DNA of 63,719 nucleotides, filler included, from Octopus bimaculoides (Eukaryota): the NCBI RefSeq assembly GCF_001194135.2. It is 8 parts of 6 records of this genome, joined end to end, with 100 filler letters (N's around TTAATTAATTAA, not from the genome) between each part and the next. Parts side by side here need not be neighbours in the genome. Positions count along the whole stretch, not along the records: positions 11,520 to 25,550 come from NC_068981.1; positions 25,651 to 42,972 come from NC_068986.1; 6 more parts are not named here. One strand, written 5' to 3'. The notes beneath the pieces were generated by a model. The model searched no databases and had not been told where the DNA came from. It worked only from the letters and a program-made list of their open reading frames with translations. A program made the position numbers and the translations under genes. Below are positions 23,391 through 36,764 of this stretch, in pieces (position 1 is the stretch's first letter; each line of letters begins with the position of its first letter).

Positions 23391-23892
23391 CCTTTTATTC
23401 TTACTCTCTATATTATATGTTGAGTGCGTGATGGATGTGTAAGAACGCCGGTACAGGTAGAAGGAAAGAAATATAAAAGTTGCTAAAAATTACAGCCAAA
23501 TCTCCCTTAAATCACACAAAGTAAACGGAATTTAAAAAATTTTACGTCAAAGGAATTTTTTCGATGTGAACTTTCCAGTGCAGTAATTAGCTTTTTTAAA
23601 TTCCGTTTACTTTGTGGGATTTAAGGGAGATTTGGCTGTTGTTTCTAGCAACTTCTATATTTCTTCCCTTCTACCTGTACACACGATCATTGACTCCAAT
23701 ATAACTCATGTTCGTCAATGTTTGGTAAATATACCACGATTTTCACTAGGGTTTTAGAGTCAGGGTTAGGGTTTTAGGGTTACGGTTAGGGTTGGGTAAT
23801 CGTGCGGGTGTTAATCTGAAAAATTACAGAAATGTGAAAAGTACCGACCCTGCCATCTATTATAACTTTTGTTCTGTTTAATATATACATAG
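22631..23892. repeat. Composite inverted/direct repeat block with telomere-like TTAGGG runs (possibly Helitron-type non-autonomous elements)
   Basis: 22785-22960 is inverted to 23331-23537. 23535-23679 repeats 22724-22870 directly. 23266-23330 repeats at 23704-23775. Both outer ends begin ATCTA reading inward. Confidence 0.6.
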
Positions 23893-24421
23893 ATTATGCC
23901 TCCAAAGAAGAGAGTTTGCTGAGAAAAGAAAGCAACTGGTTTAAAATGACAGCAACAAACTGCAACAATTCACCACATTCCAGAAGCTACTTTGAACATA
24001 ATGTAAAATGGTGCATCAACATCTTCTGCCCAATCTGATAGAATTCTGCCAAAACTGTAGCAACAGATCGCCAGCAATTGCTTCATCAGAAATTGCCGTC
24101 CTAGCTCCTGCGAAAAGGGATTACCCTGCTACGTATAATCAGGGCAGCGCAAAAAGTTGTTTTGCACAAGCATTTGTATAGCCAATTAGATGGATGAAAT
24201 TTACATATGCTTAATAATGTTACAGAAAACAGCCTTCAGACTTTCCCTATTCATTTCATCGTCTTTCGAATTATGAACATATTTCCATCATAAGGGGGGG
24301 CTTTTTTTCGTTTTAAGGCTTTCTTTTTTTTTTAGTTGATTTTCACCTAGCAAGACTTATCGTAGATGTCGTAATAAGTCACACCCGGACAACACCGGGT
24401 TATACTGCTAGTTTTTAAAAC

Positions 24422-25400
24422 ATGGAACGTAAAACAAAAGAAAATAGATTTCGTGGTTGAAAGAGAAGTTGAAAAATGTTTGAAACCAATATGGCAAAAC
24501 ATACGTTATATAGCAAGAGGAAAGAAATTTTCCACAATAGAGGGAGGATGGAGACGGAGGAATTAGCCCGACTCCACTCCGTGAATCCCTTAAAGACGGA
24601 TGAGGTGATTCTTCTGCCCATTTATATGGGTAGAAGGACATAAAAAATTAATACAAAAGGTGTGGATCCGGAGTGGCTGGTGGCAGCGGTAACAGACGGG
24701 CTGGAAGATAAGATCTCAATCCTGGATGCAGAAGCGTTGGAAGCTCGCAACTGGCTTGGCCAGTGCATAACGATTACCATTGAAGCTGAACAAGCTACAC
24801 TGGAAGAGATAACTAAGGTCATCTCGGTTGATGAGACCCGTTTAGCAGTAATGGTGGAAGGTCACCAGCCGAGATGTTTCCAGTGTGGCAAAAAAGGTCA
24901 CATAAAACAAAATTGTAAAAAGGAGGAGGAGCAAAAGAGGATACAACCAAGAGAGGTCTCTTCAGAAGACGAAATGGAGACTGTGTGAAGTGTCACACCA
25001 ATCCCAGAGGAGGGTTGGACAACAAAAGAATTAAAAAGAAAAATGAAGCCTAGTACGTCCAAAGAAGGAGAGATATTCGGACCTTGGCCCCATTAGAAAG
25101 CAAAAGCAGCAAGAAGGAAAAGGAAGAGAATTGTTATATGGCGGCTCGGATTTCGAACCGCGATTTGATGAACAAAATTGCTGTTGATCATTTAGAACAG
25201 ATAGAAAATGATTTTGAAGTGGAGGGATTTAAAACTAATAGAAAGACTTGCAAGATTTACGCAAACAATTTTCGTAAAGACACTGGACTTTCAAGATTGG
25301 ATGTTACAGAAAAAATATTTGAGGGTCTAATAGCTTCGACACCACGGGCCCGGGAAAAAGAAAAAGAGGAGGGTTCACCCCCTCCTCTCGACACCTAGTA
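24422..25400 (+). mobile_element. L1/Tx1-like LINE ORF1 (gag-like, zinc knuckle), disrupted
   Basis: PRCFQCGKKGHIKQNC is a CX2CX4HX4C knuckle (ORF 24662-24988), followed by a charged region. Stops and frameshifts upstream and downstream. Confidence 0.7.
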
Positions 25401-25426
25401 AGTAAATTTTTTTAATTTTCCTTTAC

Positions 25427-25550
25427 ATAGCAGTTCACGTAGGTTGTTTGAATGTGCATGGCACGACGTCGAGCTGGAAACAAGGTCGTTTCCTTAACGA
25501 CGTCACGTCACGTAGCTTAGATGTTATTGTTGCTACTGAAACTCAGTTAA
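25427..25550 (+). mobile_element. Start of LINE ORF2 apurinic-type endonuclease, cut by a gap
   Basis: IAVHVGCLNVHG...SLDVIVATETQL matches APE motifs I and II (LNVxG; DVIxxxET), directly after ORF1. Confidence 0.7.
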
Positions 25551-25650
25551 NNNNNNNNNNNNNNNNNNNNNNNNNNNNNNNNNNNNNNNNNNNNTTAATT
25601 AATTAANNNNNNNNNNNNNNNNNNNNNNNNNNNNNNNNNNNNNNNNNNNN

Positions 25651-25727
<77 letters not shown>

Positions 25728-25742
25728 CACTACCACTACCAG

Positions 25743-25777
<35 letters not shown>

Positions 25778-25778
25778 A

Positions 25779-25818
<40 letters not shown>

Positions 25819-25821
25819 TCT

Positions 25822-25881
<60 letters not shown>

Positions 25882-25920
25882 ACTACTACCAATGTTTTTA
25901 CTGCTGCTGCTGCTGGTGGT
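25651..25920. repeat. Compound (ACT)n/(ACC)n/(GCT)n trinucleotide microsatellite
   Basis: Read directly. Confidence 0.95.
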
Positions 25921-26252
25921 AGCTATCTAGCAAATTAACTAATTAACTCACCAAATAACTAAATATTTCATACCATTCGAACGGTAACTTGATAAAAGTT
26001 TTCCCTAAACTCAACCACCACCAATAACAACACCACCACCTCCATCACTACCTCCACCACTACTACCAACGCCATAACGAGAAGCAGAAATAAGGAAAGC
26101 AACCATGCCTTTTATCTTAATAGTGCAAATTTCCAACAACCAGAAAATGTCCCCTATTTGTAGGGGAAGCATAGAAGCATAGAATAAAGTGAAACTTATG
26201 TGGCGGTCACAAGGAACGTCTGCATGATATCATTAACATAAAGTGATAATGT

Positions 26253-26631
26253 GGAGGCGCAATGGTCCAGTGGTTAGGGCAGCAGACTCGCGATCGTTGT
26301 AACGCGGTTTCGATTCCCACACCGAGCGTCGTGAGTATTTATTGAGTATTTATAAAGTTCCACGAGGCTCCGGCAGGAGGTGTGGGCGATCCCCGCTGTA
26401 CCCTTTCACCACAATTTTATCTCACTTTTTCTCCCTGTTTCTGTTGTACTTGTATTTCAAAGGGCCAGCCGTGTCGCACTCTGTGCCACGTTGAATCTCA
26501 CCGAGAACTACGTTAAGGGTACACGTATCTGTTGAGTGCTCAGCCACTTGCACGTTAATTTCACGAGCAGGCTGTTCCGTTGATTGGATCGACTGGAACC
26601 CTCGTCGCCGTAACCGAATGTACATACCACG
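26253..26631 (+). mobile_element. tRNA-headed SINE family C
   Basis: A box TGGTCCAGTGG, B box GGTTTCGATTCC. Body matches 50931-51312. Possible TSD AAAGTGATAAT/AAAGTAATAAT. Confidence 0.8.
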
Positions 26632-26790
26632 AAAGTAATAATAATTACGTCTCTCGCTACAATTGTTTCAATAATTTTGCACTTTTTACAGCGTTTCTGT
26701 TAAGAAATTGAATCAAATAAGGAATTAATATGGAGTCCGTTAGTTATTTTAACGACTAATGCTGTATTATATTATTTGTGTGTCGTCGAA

Positions 26791-27010
26791 GGCGGTGAGC
26801 TGGCAGAAACGTTAGTACGCCGCGCGAAATGCTTAGCGGTATTTCGTCTGTCTTTATGATCAAAGTTCAAATTCCGCCGAGGTCAACTTTGCCTTTCATC
26901 CTTTCGGGGTCGCTAAATTATGTAACATTTGCTTACTAGGATTAGATGTAATCGACTGGCCCCCTCCCCGAAAATTTCGGGCCTTGTGCTTAGTGTAGAA
27001 AAGATTATAT
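26791..27010 (+). mobile_element. tRNA-headed SINE family A (tail type 1)
   Basis: GGCGGTGAGCTGGCAG...GTTCAAATTCCGCCGAGGTC..CTTTGCCTTTCATCCTTTCGGGGTCG, shared with more than 10 copies in the window. Confidence 0.85.
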
Positions 27011-28167
27011 TATTTGCGTATCGTCGGATCCTATCCACGAATTTGAAGACGATATCAAACGTTTTTTTTTTCTCCATGCAACCTAATACACACACATACA
27101 CATGCACATAGACACACACGCGCTTATACACCCACGTATATCTATTAAAGTAGAGTTAGCGGAGCAAATAATACCGTTAGAAATCACGAAGGTTCTGTGT
27201 AATGTACTGCGTATAGCTGATGCTAAATGAAGACACGCCATAAGAGAGAAATACACAATAGTCAGTAAAAAAATACACAGAACATAAAGCAATATGAGGA
27301 GCGGCAATGTTCTGTCTACACGCATGTTTGTATGTATGTATGTATGTATGTACGTACGTAGACATGCCTATCTTTAGGTGAGTATACAAATGTCTGAATA
27401 ATAGATGTTTATAGACAACAGAGGTATCATGCCTACTAGCGTGTTTCATTTAGGTCTGTTGCATTCCTTAATGTATTAGTAGCGTCGGTCGTGGCACTTA
27501 AGGTTGAAATGCTAGCAGAAACGGCGGTCGCATTGGTGGTGGTGTTGGCGGTGGTGTTGGTGGTGGTGTTGGTGGTGGTGCTGCTGATTGTGGTGGCGTT
27601 TAGCGTGAAAGTATTTGGGCCAATTTACCGGTTGGCAATCTTTATGTAGTGTCACATATCTTTTGCATGCTTCTGGTGAGAAATTCATAATTAGAAGCAA
27701 CAAAACGAGAAAATGGATATCATTATGATATATTTCTCTTGTCTCATACTACGGCTCTTACAAATGGTGTGAATATGTGTGTGTGTGTGTGTGTATGTGT
27801 GTGTGTATCTATCTTTTACATAGGTACAAAGGCATTCACACGTAAACACACACATTCATTGGCGCTTTCATGTGCTAAATACATACACACATTTGAATGT
27901 ATACATACTAGAAGCATACTAGAGCGGTGATCCAGCATGGCCGCAGTCAAAATGACTAAGCTAAGTAAAAGAAAAAAAAACGATTATATATATATCTATA
28001 CATGAATATACATATCTATATACATACACACATATATATATATATACACACACACATACATATATACACATACATACACGTGTGTGAACTATGAACATGT
28101 ATATATGAAATACGCACACAAACGTATATACGCATATATATCCACTCAGTCACATAAATATGTACAT

Positions 28168-28198
<31 letters not shown>

Positions 28199-29149
28199 TA
28201 CACACACATTTAAGCGTATACGCACACAAGGAACTTAGNNNNNNNNNNNNNNNNNNNNNNNNNNNNNNNNNNNNNNNNNNNNNNNNNNNNNNNNNNNNNN
28301 NNNNNNNNNNNNNNNNNNNNNNNNNNNNNNNNNNNNNNNNNNNNNNNNNNNNNNNNNNNNNNNNNNNNNNNNNNNNNNNNNNNNNNNNNNNNNNNNNNNN
28401 NNNNNNNNNNNNNNNNNNNNNNNNNNNNNNNNNNNNNNNNNNNNNNNNNNNNNNNNNNNNNNNNNNNNNNNNNNNNNNNNNNNNNNNNNNNNNNNNNNNN
28501 NNNNNNNNNNNNNNNNNNNNNNNNNNNNNNNNNNNNNNNNNNNNNNNNNNNNNNNNNNNNNNNNNNNNNNNNNNNNNNNNNNNNNNNNNNNNNNNNNNNN
28601 NNNNNNNNNNNNNNNNNNNNNNNNNNNNNNNNNNNNNNNNNNNNNNNNNNNNNNNNNNNNNNNNNNNNNNNNNNNNNNNNNNATATATATATATATATAT
28701 ATATATACGACAGGCTTCTTTCAGTTTCCGTCTACCAATCTGAAAAAGAACGTCTATTTAAGGGGTAGTGATTGATATTAATTTTTCTTTTTTTATTAAT
28801 CTGATAAGATATTTGTTTCTTTAATGTAAAAAATATTTATCATACGATAACTCCTGGAAAGAATTTAAATTTTGTCTTTAAACATCAATCAATAATAAAA
28901 TCTTGCATATCCATTTGGTGTTCCTTCTATTCCTACATCAACATGTAAGATGTTGTCTATGATTCGCTGATAAAAAGCATAGTAAGACCGACACAAGATG
29001 GTAGTTGTTTCCAGTGATTGCCAAAACATTTACGTAAACGTAAGTCACTAACTTGTAATACTTTTGTTTATTGGTATTTTTTTCTTAATGGTTACGACCT
29101 TGTAATTATTTTGCGTTGTAATTTAAAATTGTCCGCATAAAACATGTTC

Positions 29150-29520
29150 ACTCTTATATGTTTAATATTACATCGTGGTTTCTGTTCTAGTCCCACCGCG
29201 TAACACCTTGGGCAAGTTTCTTCTATTATATATAACCTCGGGCCGACCGAAGCAAAGCTTCGTGAGTGATTTTTGCAGACAGAAATAGAAAGAAGCCCTT
29301 GTGCGTGTGCGTGTGTGTGTGTGTGTCTTTGTGTCTGTTTGTCACCTCCACCGACCATTTGACAAACCACTATGTTTAGGTTCTTTCTATTTAGCGGTTC
29401 GTTAAAAAATACTCAGAATGGTTTACCAGGCATATATAAAAAACGTTGATTTGTTCGACCAAAATTCTTCAAGCCGTTATTCCAGCATGGCCGGAGCCTA
29501 ATAGCGGAAATAAATAAAAG
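29150..29520 (+). mobile_element. Degenerate SINE family B
   Basis: CCTTGGGCAAG...CCTCGGGCCGACC...AAGAAGCCC...CCAGCATGGCCG. Confidence 0.65.
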
Positions 29521-32500
29521 ATAAGATTACTACACAAATTCCTTCTCAACAGCTATATAGGTTAATCTGTTAGAGGTTAACATATTCCATTCGGCTCTTG
29601 TATTGCCATGTTTAAATGTAGGCCTGTCTTGCAATGTTTTTGCACACACCCCGCAGTTTTATGAGATCCATAAAATAAGTTCAAAAGAAAAGAATACGGT
29701 CGATATAACTGAGTTAAACACTTGAAAGTAATTCCTGATGATTAAAGCGAGTAAGAAATAATATGATCACGCACGCCATTTGCACACACACACACACACA
29801 GGCACACACACACACACACACACACACACGCATACACACACATACATATAAGAATATTAAGCAGAAAAACTGTGGCATTAAGTGATTGATTGGACATACA
29901 CGCGTTTCAGCAATGTACCGAAATAATTGCATAACCGTAGAAGAAACATTATGCAATGATGTAACTCACATGATGTGTGTCACGCAATGAATATAACAAT
30001 CGATGTTAAAATCTCCATATATATGCACTTTCCACTGTTATGCAAATAATCAACAACCTCGCATGTCACATATAATTGCAGGAGCCAGACTGAGCAACAT
30101 ATAAATGTCTGAACAATAGCATGCGTCAGCATTTATTATGATAGCAGATAATTTTAGCGAACGGTGAGAAGATCCATAGCACGTTCAATATATCGTAATA
30201 ATACCCTCTACTTAATGTTATTAGCCGGTTATCGGTTTTGAAACTGCTTCATCCTCATATGATCATAAGCTGTTTCTACTACATGTGTGTGTATATATAT
30301 ATATAAAAGATGAACTTACTTGGAAATGGATGCGTGACGTTCAATCAAATAATAATATAAATAATATATATATCTATATATATTTGTCATTGAGTGTGTT
30401 TCTGTGTCTGCATTTGTATGGAAGTGTGTGTATGTGTGTTTGTGCGACTGTACGTGTGTTTGTGTGTGTGTGCGTGCGAGTGTGCGTGTGTGCGTTGTGT
30501 GTGTGTGTGTTGTGTGTGTGTCTGTGTGTGCGTGTGTGTTTATAGAAATTCCATGACCCAATTTCTGAAGAACCAATTGACCCACAAGAAGATTCATATT
30601 TTTCCTTGCTGTAGCTCAACTCACTATTGTATACTCAAAGTAGAACAACTTTCAAGTGGAATGGAACAGATTTGATCCTTGGACTGGGAAGAAATGATAT
30701 AGTCGTCGTATTTCTCGTATTTATTTAAAGAACAACGCGTAAAAACTACTTTTACTACGAGACGTCATTATCTCCCAGTCGCTATTCTGTAAGCTAATTT
30801 AGTAACATAAACACTCGTTTGATACATTATATATGTAGTCGTTCAATGAACGTATGCATGTATAATCGGGTGGATAATTGTTCCTGCATATTCCACGTAT
30901 TTAGATCTACATCGAGTGATCCTTTGCAATTCCGTGTCCTTAAGTATCAAGCACGGCACAAGTTAAGTGAAAGATCGTAAGACAAAGTCTAAGAAACGGA
31001 AAGGAGAAGATATACCGTCAGCACATCTGAGAGCCTAAATATTCGGTCCACTTATTTCTTTCTAAACTGTATATACATACATACATACATACATATAGAT
31101 ATACACACACATACACATACACAATAAAATATGTTAGACGGCTATACTTGATAATCGATATATTTGTGTGTGTGGGAGCGTGTGTAAATGAGATTGTCAA
31201 ACGTACTTTGACATGTATTTCTATATATAGAAAATAAACCTTTTTGTAGATGCAAAGGCAAAATATAAATCAATGACTCAGAGAGTAATATATTTAGAAA
31301 TAACCTAGAAACACATATGACAGACTCTCCATCGAAGACAGACATTGAAAATAGCAATAAAAGTATGTGGCTGGTAGGTAATGGAGATTTTCAGTCAAAT
31401 ATTTATTTATATCTAGAGGCAAAACGAACTTCACTCAAGATATATAAATAATGACAATGTGAGGACACTGAAGATGATACGTTTCATCGGAAAACAACAA
31501 ACGTTTCTTAACTAAAAACGAATCCAGTCTGGATCTCCAGATTCCCTCATCCCACCTCTCTGAAGTGAAAAGGTTGTTATCTTTGCATATTTATAATTTT
31601 CTTTAGCTTTGTTTTCTTACATTTACGAAGAGGTATTTCAAACAACGTCGAGTCAACCAAATTGTATCATTGAAATTCTAGAGGTCTGAAATAGTGGTAT
31701 GTTCCCTCACCCCGATGAATTGAAGCCTTGTAACTATGTGACACATTTTGCACAGATGGTGTGATATGTAAAATAGCTCCTATACATTAAGAAAGTGTGG
31801 TCCGTTTTGTCTAGCACGATATCGCACAGTTTCTCTCTTGACGAAGCTGCAGAGGACCAAAAGTAAGAGTATAATATCTATAGTGTTCTCAGGCCCTAAC
31901 AGTCTTTCGTCTGTAGAGCATTTCTGTCAGTCAAAAATTCCACAGTACCGTTCTTAATGAATACTAGTTATGAGGAAGTGGGACGACATTCACGACAGAA
32001 CATCTATGGAAGTACATCGACAAGAATCAACTGACTGGTCGAGTGCAGACCAGTTTAAGACCAAGAGTTAGGGATGATTACAAGAAATTCCTTATCCGCT
32101 ACGGTACAACATTGATGCCACGCGATAAACCCAAAAGCTACGTCTGTGTCGCCAGCTGATCCATTCGTTGCACATTCGTTCAGTGTCCGGGGCTGGCTAC
32201 TGGTTAACTCCAACGTCGATAACATTCCGTCGTTTAGCTGGTAAGAGCTGTAAGCATTATTTGCTTTGTGGCTAAATTGAAAGAAATTGTATGATGGACT
32301 GAAAGAATTTATCGGTTAATCCGTCATTCACTGTTTTAGAGTTCGTTTTGAGAGAAAAGCAACGAAGGTGAAAAGGAAGTGTTTGCTACCTCAGTAAATT
32401 TATTGGCATGTTGGTGAATGTAGTAAGCATAATCCTTGTGAATATGTATACGATCGTAGACCATAAAATGGCAGCTGTGTTGAGCCTCTTGCTTCTGGTG

Positions 32501-32740
32501 GTCAGAGTAATGTAAAATCTATAGAAACATTTGATTAACTCAATGTACGAGTCTTCTTTACTAGGGGATCTCACATGTCATTTTAAAAATTATTATTGGT
32601 GATGTGGGAGGATCATTAACACACCAAACAAAATGCTTAGTGATATTTCTTCCGATTTTCATTTCTGATTTAACTTTCATACTTTCGGTGGTTGATACAG
32701 TAAGTACCTTTTTTAATATTAGGGTCCATGTAATTATCAA

Positions 32741-32935
32741 GGTGGTGAGATGGCTGAATCGTTACCATGCTGGGCAAAATGCTTAGCGGAATTTCGTCCG
32801 GCTTTTTTTCTTTTTATAATCTTAGCTCAAATTCCGCTGAGGTCGACTTTGCCTTTCGTCCGTTTTGGGGTCGATAAATTAAGAAGTGAATGAGAACTCC
32901 CCGAAATTACTGGCCTTGTACCAAAAATTTGAAAC
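32741..32935 (+). mobile_element. SINE family A
   Basis: Same head and central block as 26791. Confidence 0.75.
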
Positions 32936-32942
32936 TATTATA

Positions 32943-32986
<44 letters not shown>

Positions 32987-32990
<4 letters not shown>

Positions 32991-33316
32991 TAGTTTTATT
33001 TTTATAATGTGCTTTCACTTCACTACCGAGCGCAGCTCTGTGCGCCTTGGGTATGTGCTGTGGTTTGCTGTGGTGCTCTCATGTTTACTGTATTGAAAGT
33101 GTTTTGCGTAGAATGTGTGCAGTACCCAGTAGTGCAGTTTTCTGTATGTTATATATATTTGGAAGTCCTGTTGTTTTTGTTATGTATTTGTCTGAATATT
33201 CTTTTATTATACCTAAGGCACCTACTATGATAGGAATTGTTTCTGTTTTTAGATTCCACATTCGAGTTATCTCTATTTCCAGGTCTTTGTATTTTGAAAG
33301 TTTTTCCATTTCTTTT
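32987..33316 (-). mobile_element. R4/Dong-like non-LTR element 3' fragment (family 1) inside an (ATT)n tract
   Basis: KEMEKLSKYKDLEIEITRMW...IIVGALG...TAHILRKTL is the C-terminus of a restriction-like endonuclease. 3' end runs into (TAA)n. Confidence 0.8.
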
Positions 33317-33345
33317 ATTGTTATTATTATCATTATTATTATTAT

Positions 33346-33670
33346 CTATTGTCTTTGCACAGCTTCTAACGCTGGAGATGTACTACGGTGCCAGCTGTTC
33401 ACTACCAGTGAACTAAGGTAACACTCCTTATTTTTCGAGCACCTTCCGGAGTATTCGAACGGTTCCAAACAGTGCTGTTTTCTGCAAGTACTTCACTCTT
33501 ATTGCATCTCCTATTTGTTCCATGTACTTCTCAAGATTTTTACTCACTGTTCCCAGGGCTCCAGCAATTATTGGTACTACTACCACCTTTTTCATCGACC
33601 ACAACTGCTTAACCGCCCAAGCTATACTGTCATACCGATTGAATTATCTTTCTTCCCTATCGCCTACATT
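33346..33670 (-). mobile_element. R4/Dong-like 3' fragment (family 2)
   Basis: Minus strand reads AWAVKQLWSMKKVVVVPIIAGALGTVSKNLEKY...LQKTALFGTVRILRKVL: same REL C-terminus, different nucleotide sequence and 3' UTR. (ATT)n on both sides. Confidence 0.7.
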
Positions 33671-33674
33671 GTTA

Positions 33675-33715
<41 letters not shown>

Positions 33716-33993
33716 ATCCTCTCAGGTTGTGTTGGAGCTCCTGGAGTCTTGCATGCGTAGCGGGCTTACTACCTGCAGCCTGCGGTACCATGGTATNNNN
33801 NNNNNNNNNNNNNNNNNNNNNNNNNNNNNNNNNNNNNNNNNNNNNNNNNNNNNNNNNNNNNNNNNNNNNNNNNNNNNNNNNNNNNNNNNNNNNNNNNNNN
33901 NNNNNNNNNNNNNNNNNNNNNNNNNNNNNNNNNNNNNNNNNNNNNNNNNNNNNNNNNNNNNNNNNNNNNNNNNNNNNNNNNNNNNNNNNNNNN

Positions 33994-34011
33994 TTATTAT
34001 TATTATTATTA

Positions 34012-34073
<62 letters not shown>

Positions 34074-34077
34074 GTTA

Positions 34078-34172
<95 letters not shown>

Positions 34173-34457
34173 GATATTGGTGTTGTTGTTATTGGTATTG
34201 TAGTTGTTTTCAGGTTTAAAATATGTCTGAATGATTTATGTCCGGAAGAATGGAACTGAAGGAATGGCATAATGCAGCAGTATTTTTGGTTAGTTATTGA
34301 TAATCTCCCATAGAGATTAGTATTGGCATGTGAAAAGGATAAAAGATTCTACTTTTGGTATTATATTTCCTGCATTGGTCTGAACAGAAACAACAACCAC
34401 AACAGCAACATCAACATGACTGACGATGATGGTGATAATAATAATAATAATAACAAC

Positions 34458-34540
<83 letters not shown>

Positions 34541-34560
34541 TAATAATAATAATAATGACG
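33994..34560. repeat. Long (ATT)n and (AAT)n arrays in opposite orientation
   Basis: Read directly: 33994-34200 and 34430-34560. Confidence 0.95.
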
Positions 34561-36454
34561 ACGACTACAACAACATCGGAATCAGTTATATTTAACTACG
34601 AATATATTCCTAGAGTTTCTGTGGTGGAACTTTCTTGTTAAAGTAAACATAAGCGTGGAGTGTATGGAATAAGGTTATATTTGGCCGGGGAATTTTAAAG
34701 AATCAGAAGTCAATATATTCCTTTCACAAATCATAAAGAATACATAGGTTTAGTGCTGACAGGTTTTTATTTATACTGTTTAAAGCTTGAGAAAGAAAAT
34801 AATTCTATCTGGTCAACATGCTGGTATTTCACCAGCCACCATTAGTTTCCTGAGAAGGGGCCTGATACAGTTTCCCATCGAGAATTATATCAATTGATCT
34901 GAAGTAAGAAGGCTTAATACGAAGGAAACCTTGTGGGTGTTTTCATCGTAAATACTTAAGATTACGCAATGTTTCCACTAATCTATAATATTAATCCTGC
35001 AAGTTACGATGTCCGTTGGAGTGTTTCTCTTTTAAAAAGCTTAACTATGGAAGCAAAAAGGTGACACAATCAAACCATATAGCATAACGTTTTCTGCTTT
35101 AGGCACATGGTCAACGTTTTATTAGACGAGGAGATTAGTCGATAACAACGAATTTAGTACTTGACAAATACATTATGACATAACCTTTTCAAGAATAGTG
35201 CAAGTTGAGTACTGTATGGTATTATATTTAATCAAAATGAAAGCCAATATTGTCATCAATCAGGACTTGAACACTGAACGTAAAGTGTCCGAAGAAATAT
35301 TTCGAAGTAACTTTTCGATGCTCAGACGATAATTCCAATCACAAGCCCTCTGATACTTCAGTACAATGAAAGAACTGTGTTACACTGTAAGCAACCTTAA
35401 CTATACAAAAATATCAAAGAAGTAATCGTGTTATCTTACATAATATAACTATGTTAAGATAATGCACGAATGTTTATAACCCATATCTATCTATCTATCT
35501 NNNNNNNNNNTATATATATATATATGGGAGAATATACAAATAATAACAACAGACGAATAGATAGGTAGATAGATAGACACAAACTCGCGCAACACACGCA
35601 CACGCAACACACATATACATGTAAATGTGCGTGCGTGTGTGTGTGTGAGTGTGTGTGCGTGTAAAGAACACAAACAACATCCACATTTACAACAACCGTC
35701 GTAAAATATTTTTGATGCTTGCAAAGATTACATCATAGCATAAATCCTCCAGTCTCAAGTGAAATTTTAGACAAGTATAAATAGACAGGGTAAAAAAACA
35801 CTTCAACAACCTGCATAATGAATAGGTGATATTTTGAAAAAGAATAATCGAATGTTGAGATAGATATCAGAGAAGTATAACAGACATTCCAGCAGCAAAG
35901 AAGTTAAAACTGCCCTGTGTGTGTGTAAAATAAATTTATCCTTTAGTAAGGATATATTTATATTTATCCATTAGTTACAGCTCCTGTAATCAGTCACACA
36001 GTCTTCGATTCTGGTGAGAGGTAGAAGCATTAAGTATTCTCAAACCGAAAATGTGGCTTGAAGAATGCCTGTATCAGATTAGCGCCCGCTAATGTTGTTA
36101 GGGTAGTGATGTTGGTGGTAATGTGGTGCTAAACCACGACGAATTAAAGCTAGCACCTGAAATAGGCCATGGCAAAAATTGAATTCCTAATGCACATAGC
36201 CAGAAAAAATGGCACAGGTCATCCGGCCTGACGTTCTTATAGTTCTATATGTACATTTTAATCGACGCCGAATTCATGAAAGGCAAAGCTTAGCTCTGTG
36301 ATATTTAAACGTTGGCTCCAGCTGGTCATGAGAAATACCACATGAGATTCTGTCCGACGCTTTGAGGAATTTGCCAGCTGGTCGCTTGTATATCCTCTGT
36401 TGCTCGTTTTCGTTTGCTTTATTTGTTTTTGTTTTATTATTTTTTAAAATATTT

Positions 36455-36640
36455 TTAATGGCATTCAGTCGGTTACTACGACGCGGATGCCAGTTGGCCC
36501 CATCAACAGAACAGTCTGCTCGTGATATTAACATGTAAGTGGTTGAGTACTCCACAGTCATTTATACCGTTAAAGTGGTTCTTAGGAAGATTCGACATGA
36601 CACAAAATGTGACGAGGCTATCCCTATAGAATTACAGGTA
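36455..36640 (-). mobile_element. Degenerate SINE family C 3' part
   Basis: TGCTCGTGATATTAACATGTAAGTGGTTGAGTACTCCACAG is the reverse complement of the family C body. Confidence 0.6.
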
Positions 36641-36764
36641 CAATTTTTTCTAGCCTGCTCCGTAGATTGGAGCAACGTGAAATTGTTTTGCTCAAAGTGA
36701 AAACGCGCTGCCATAAATCGAACACCTTAACCACCAACCCACGTGCCTTCACATATTCTTTTCT

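Noticed and set aside
23746-23797. True telomere or chromosome-fusion site
   Set aside because: Repeats are short, degenerate and part of a duplicated module, with no head-to-head TTAGGG/CCCTAA junction.
26253-26330. tRNA-like heads (also 49251, 50931 and all family A heads)
   Set aside because: They have A and B boxes but no complete cloverleaf, and continue into shared SINE bodies; counted as SINEs, not tRNA genes.
31461-31500. CTGAAGA-TGAT...ATCG-GAAAAC hammerhead-like core
   Set aside because: Short stem II present but no stem I/III pairing or cleavage triplet; at most a decayed relic.
31800-32300. GC-richer stretch that might be a LINE remnant
   Set aside because: No convincing motif in any frame by eye.
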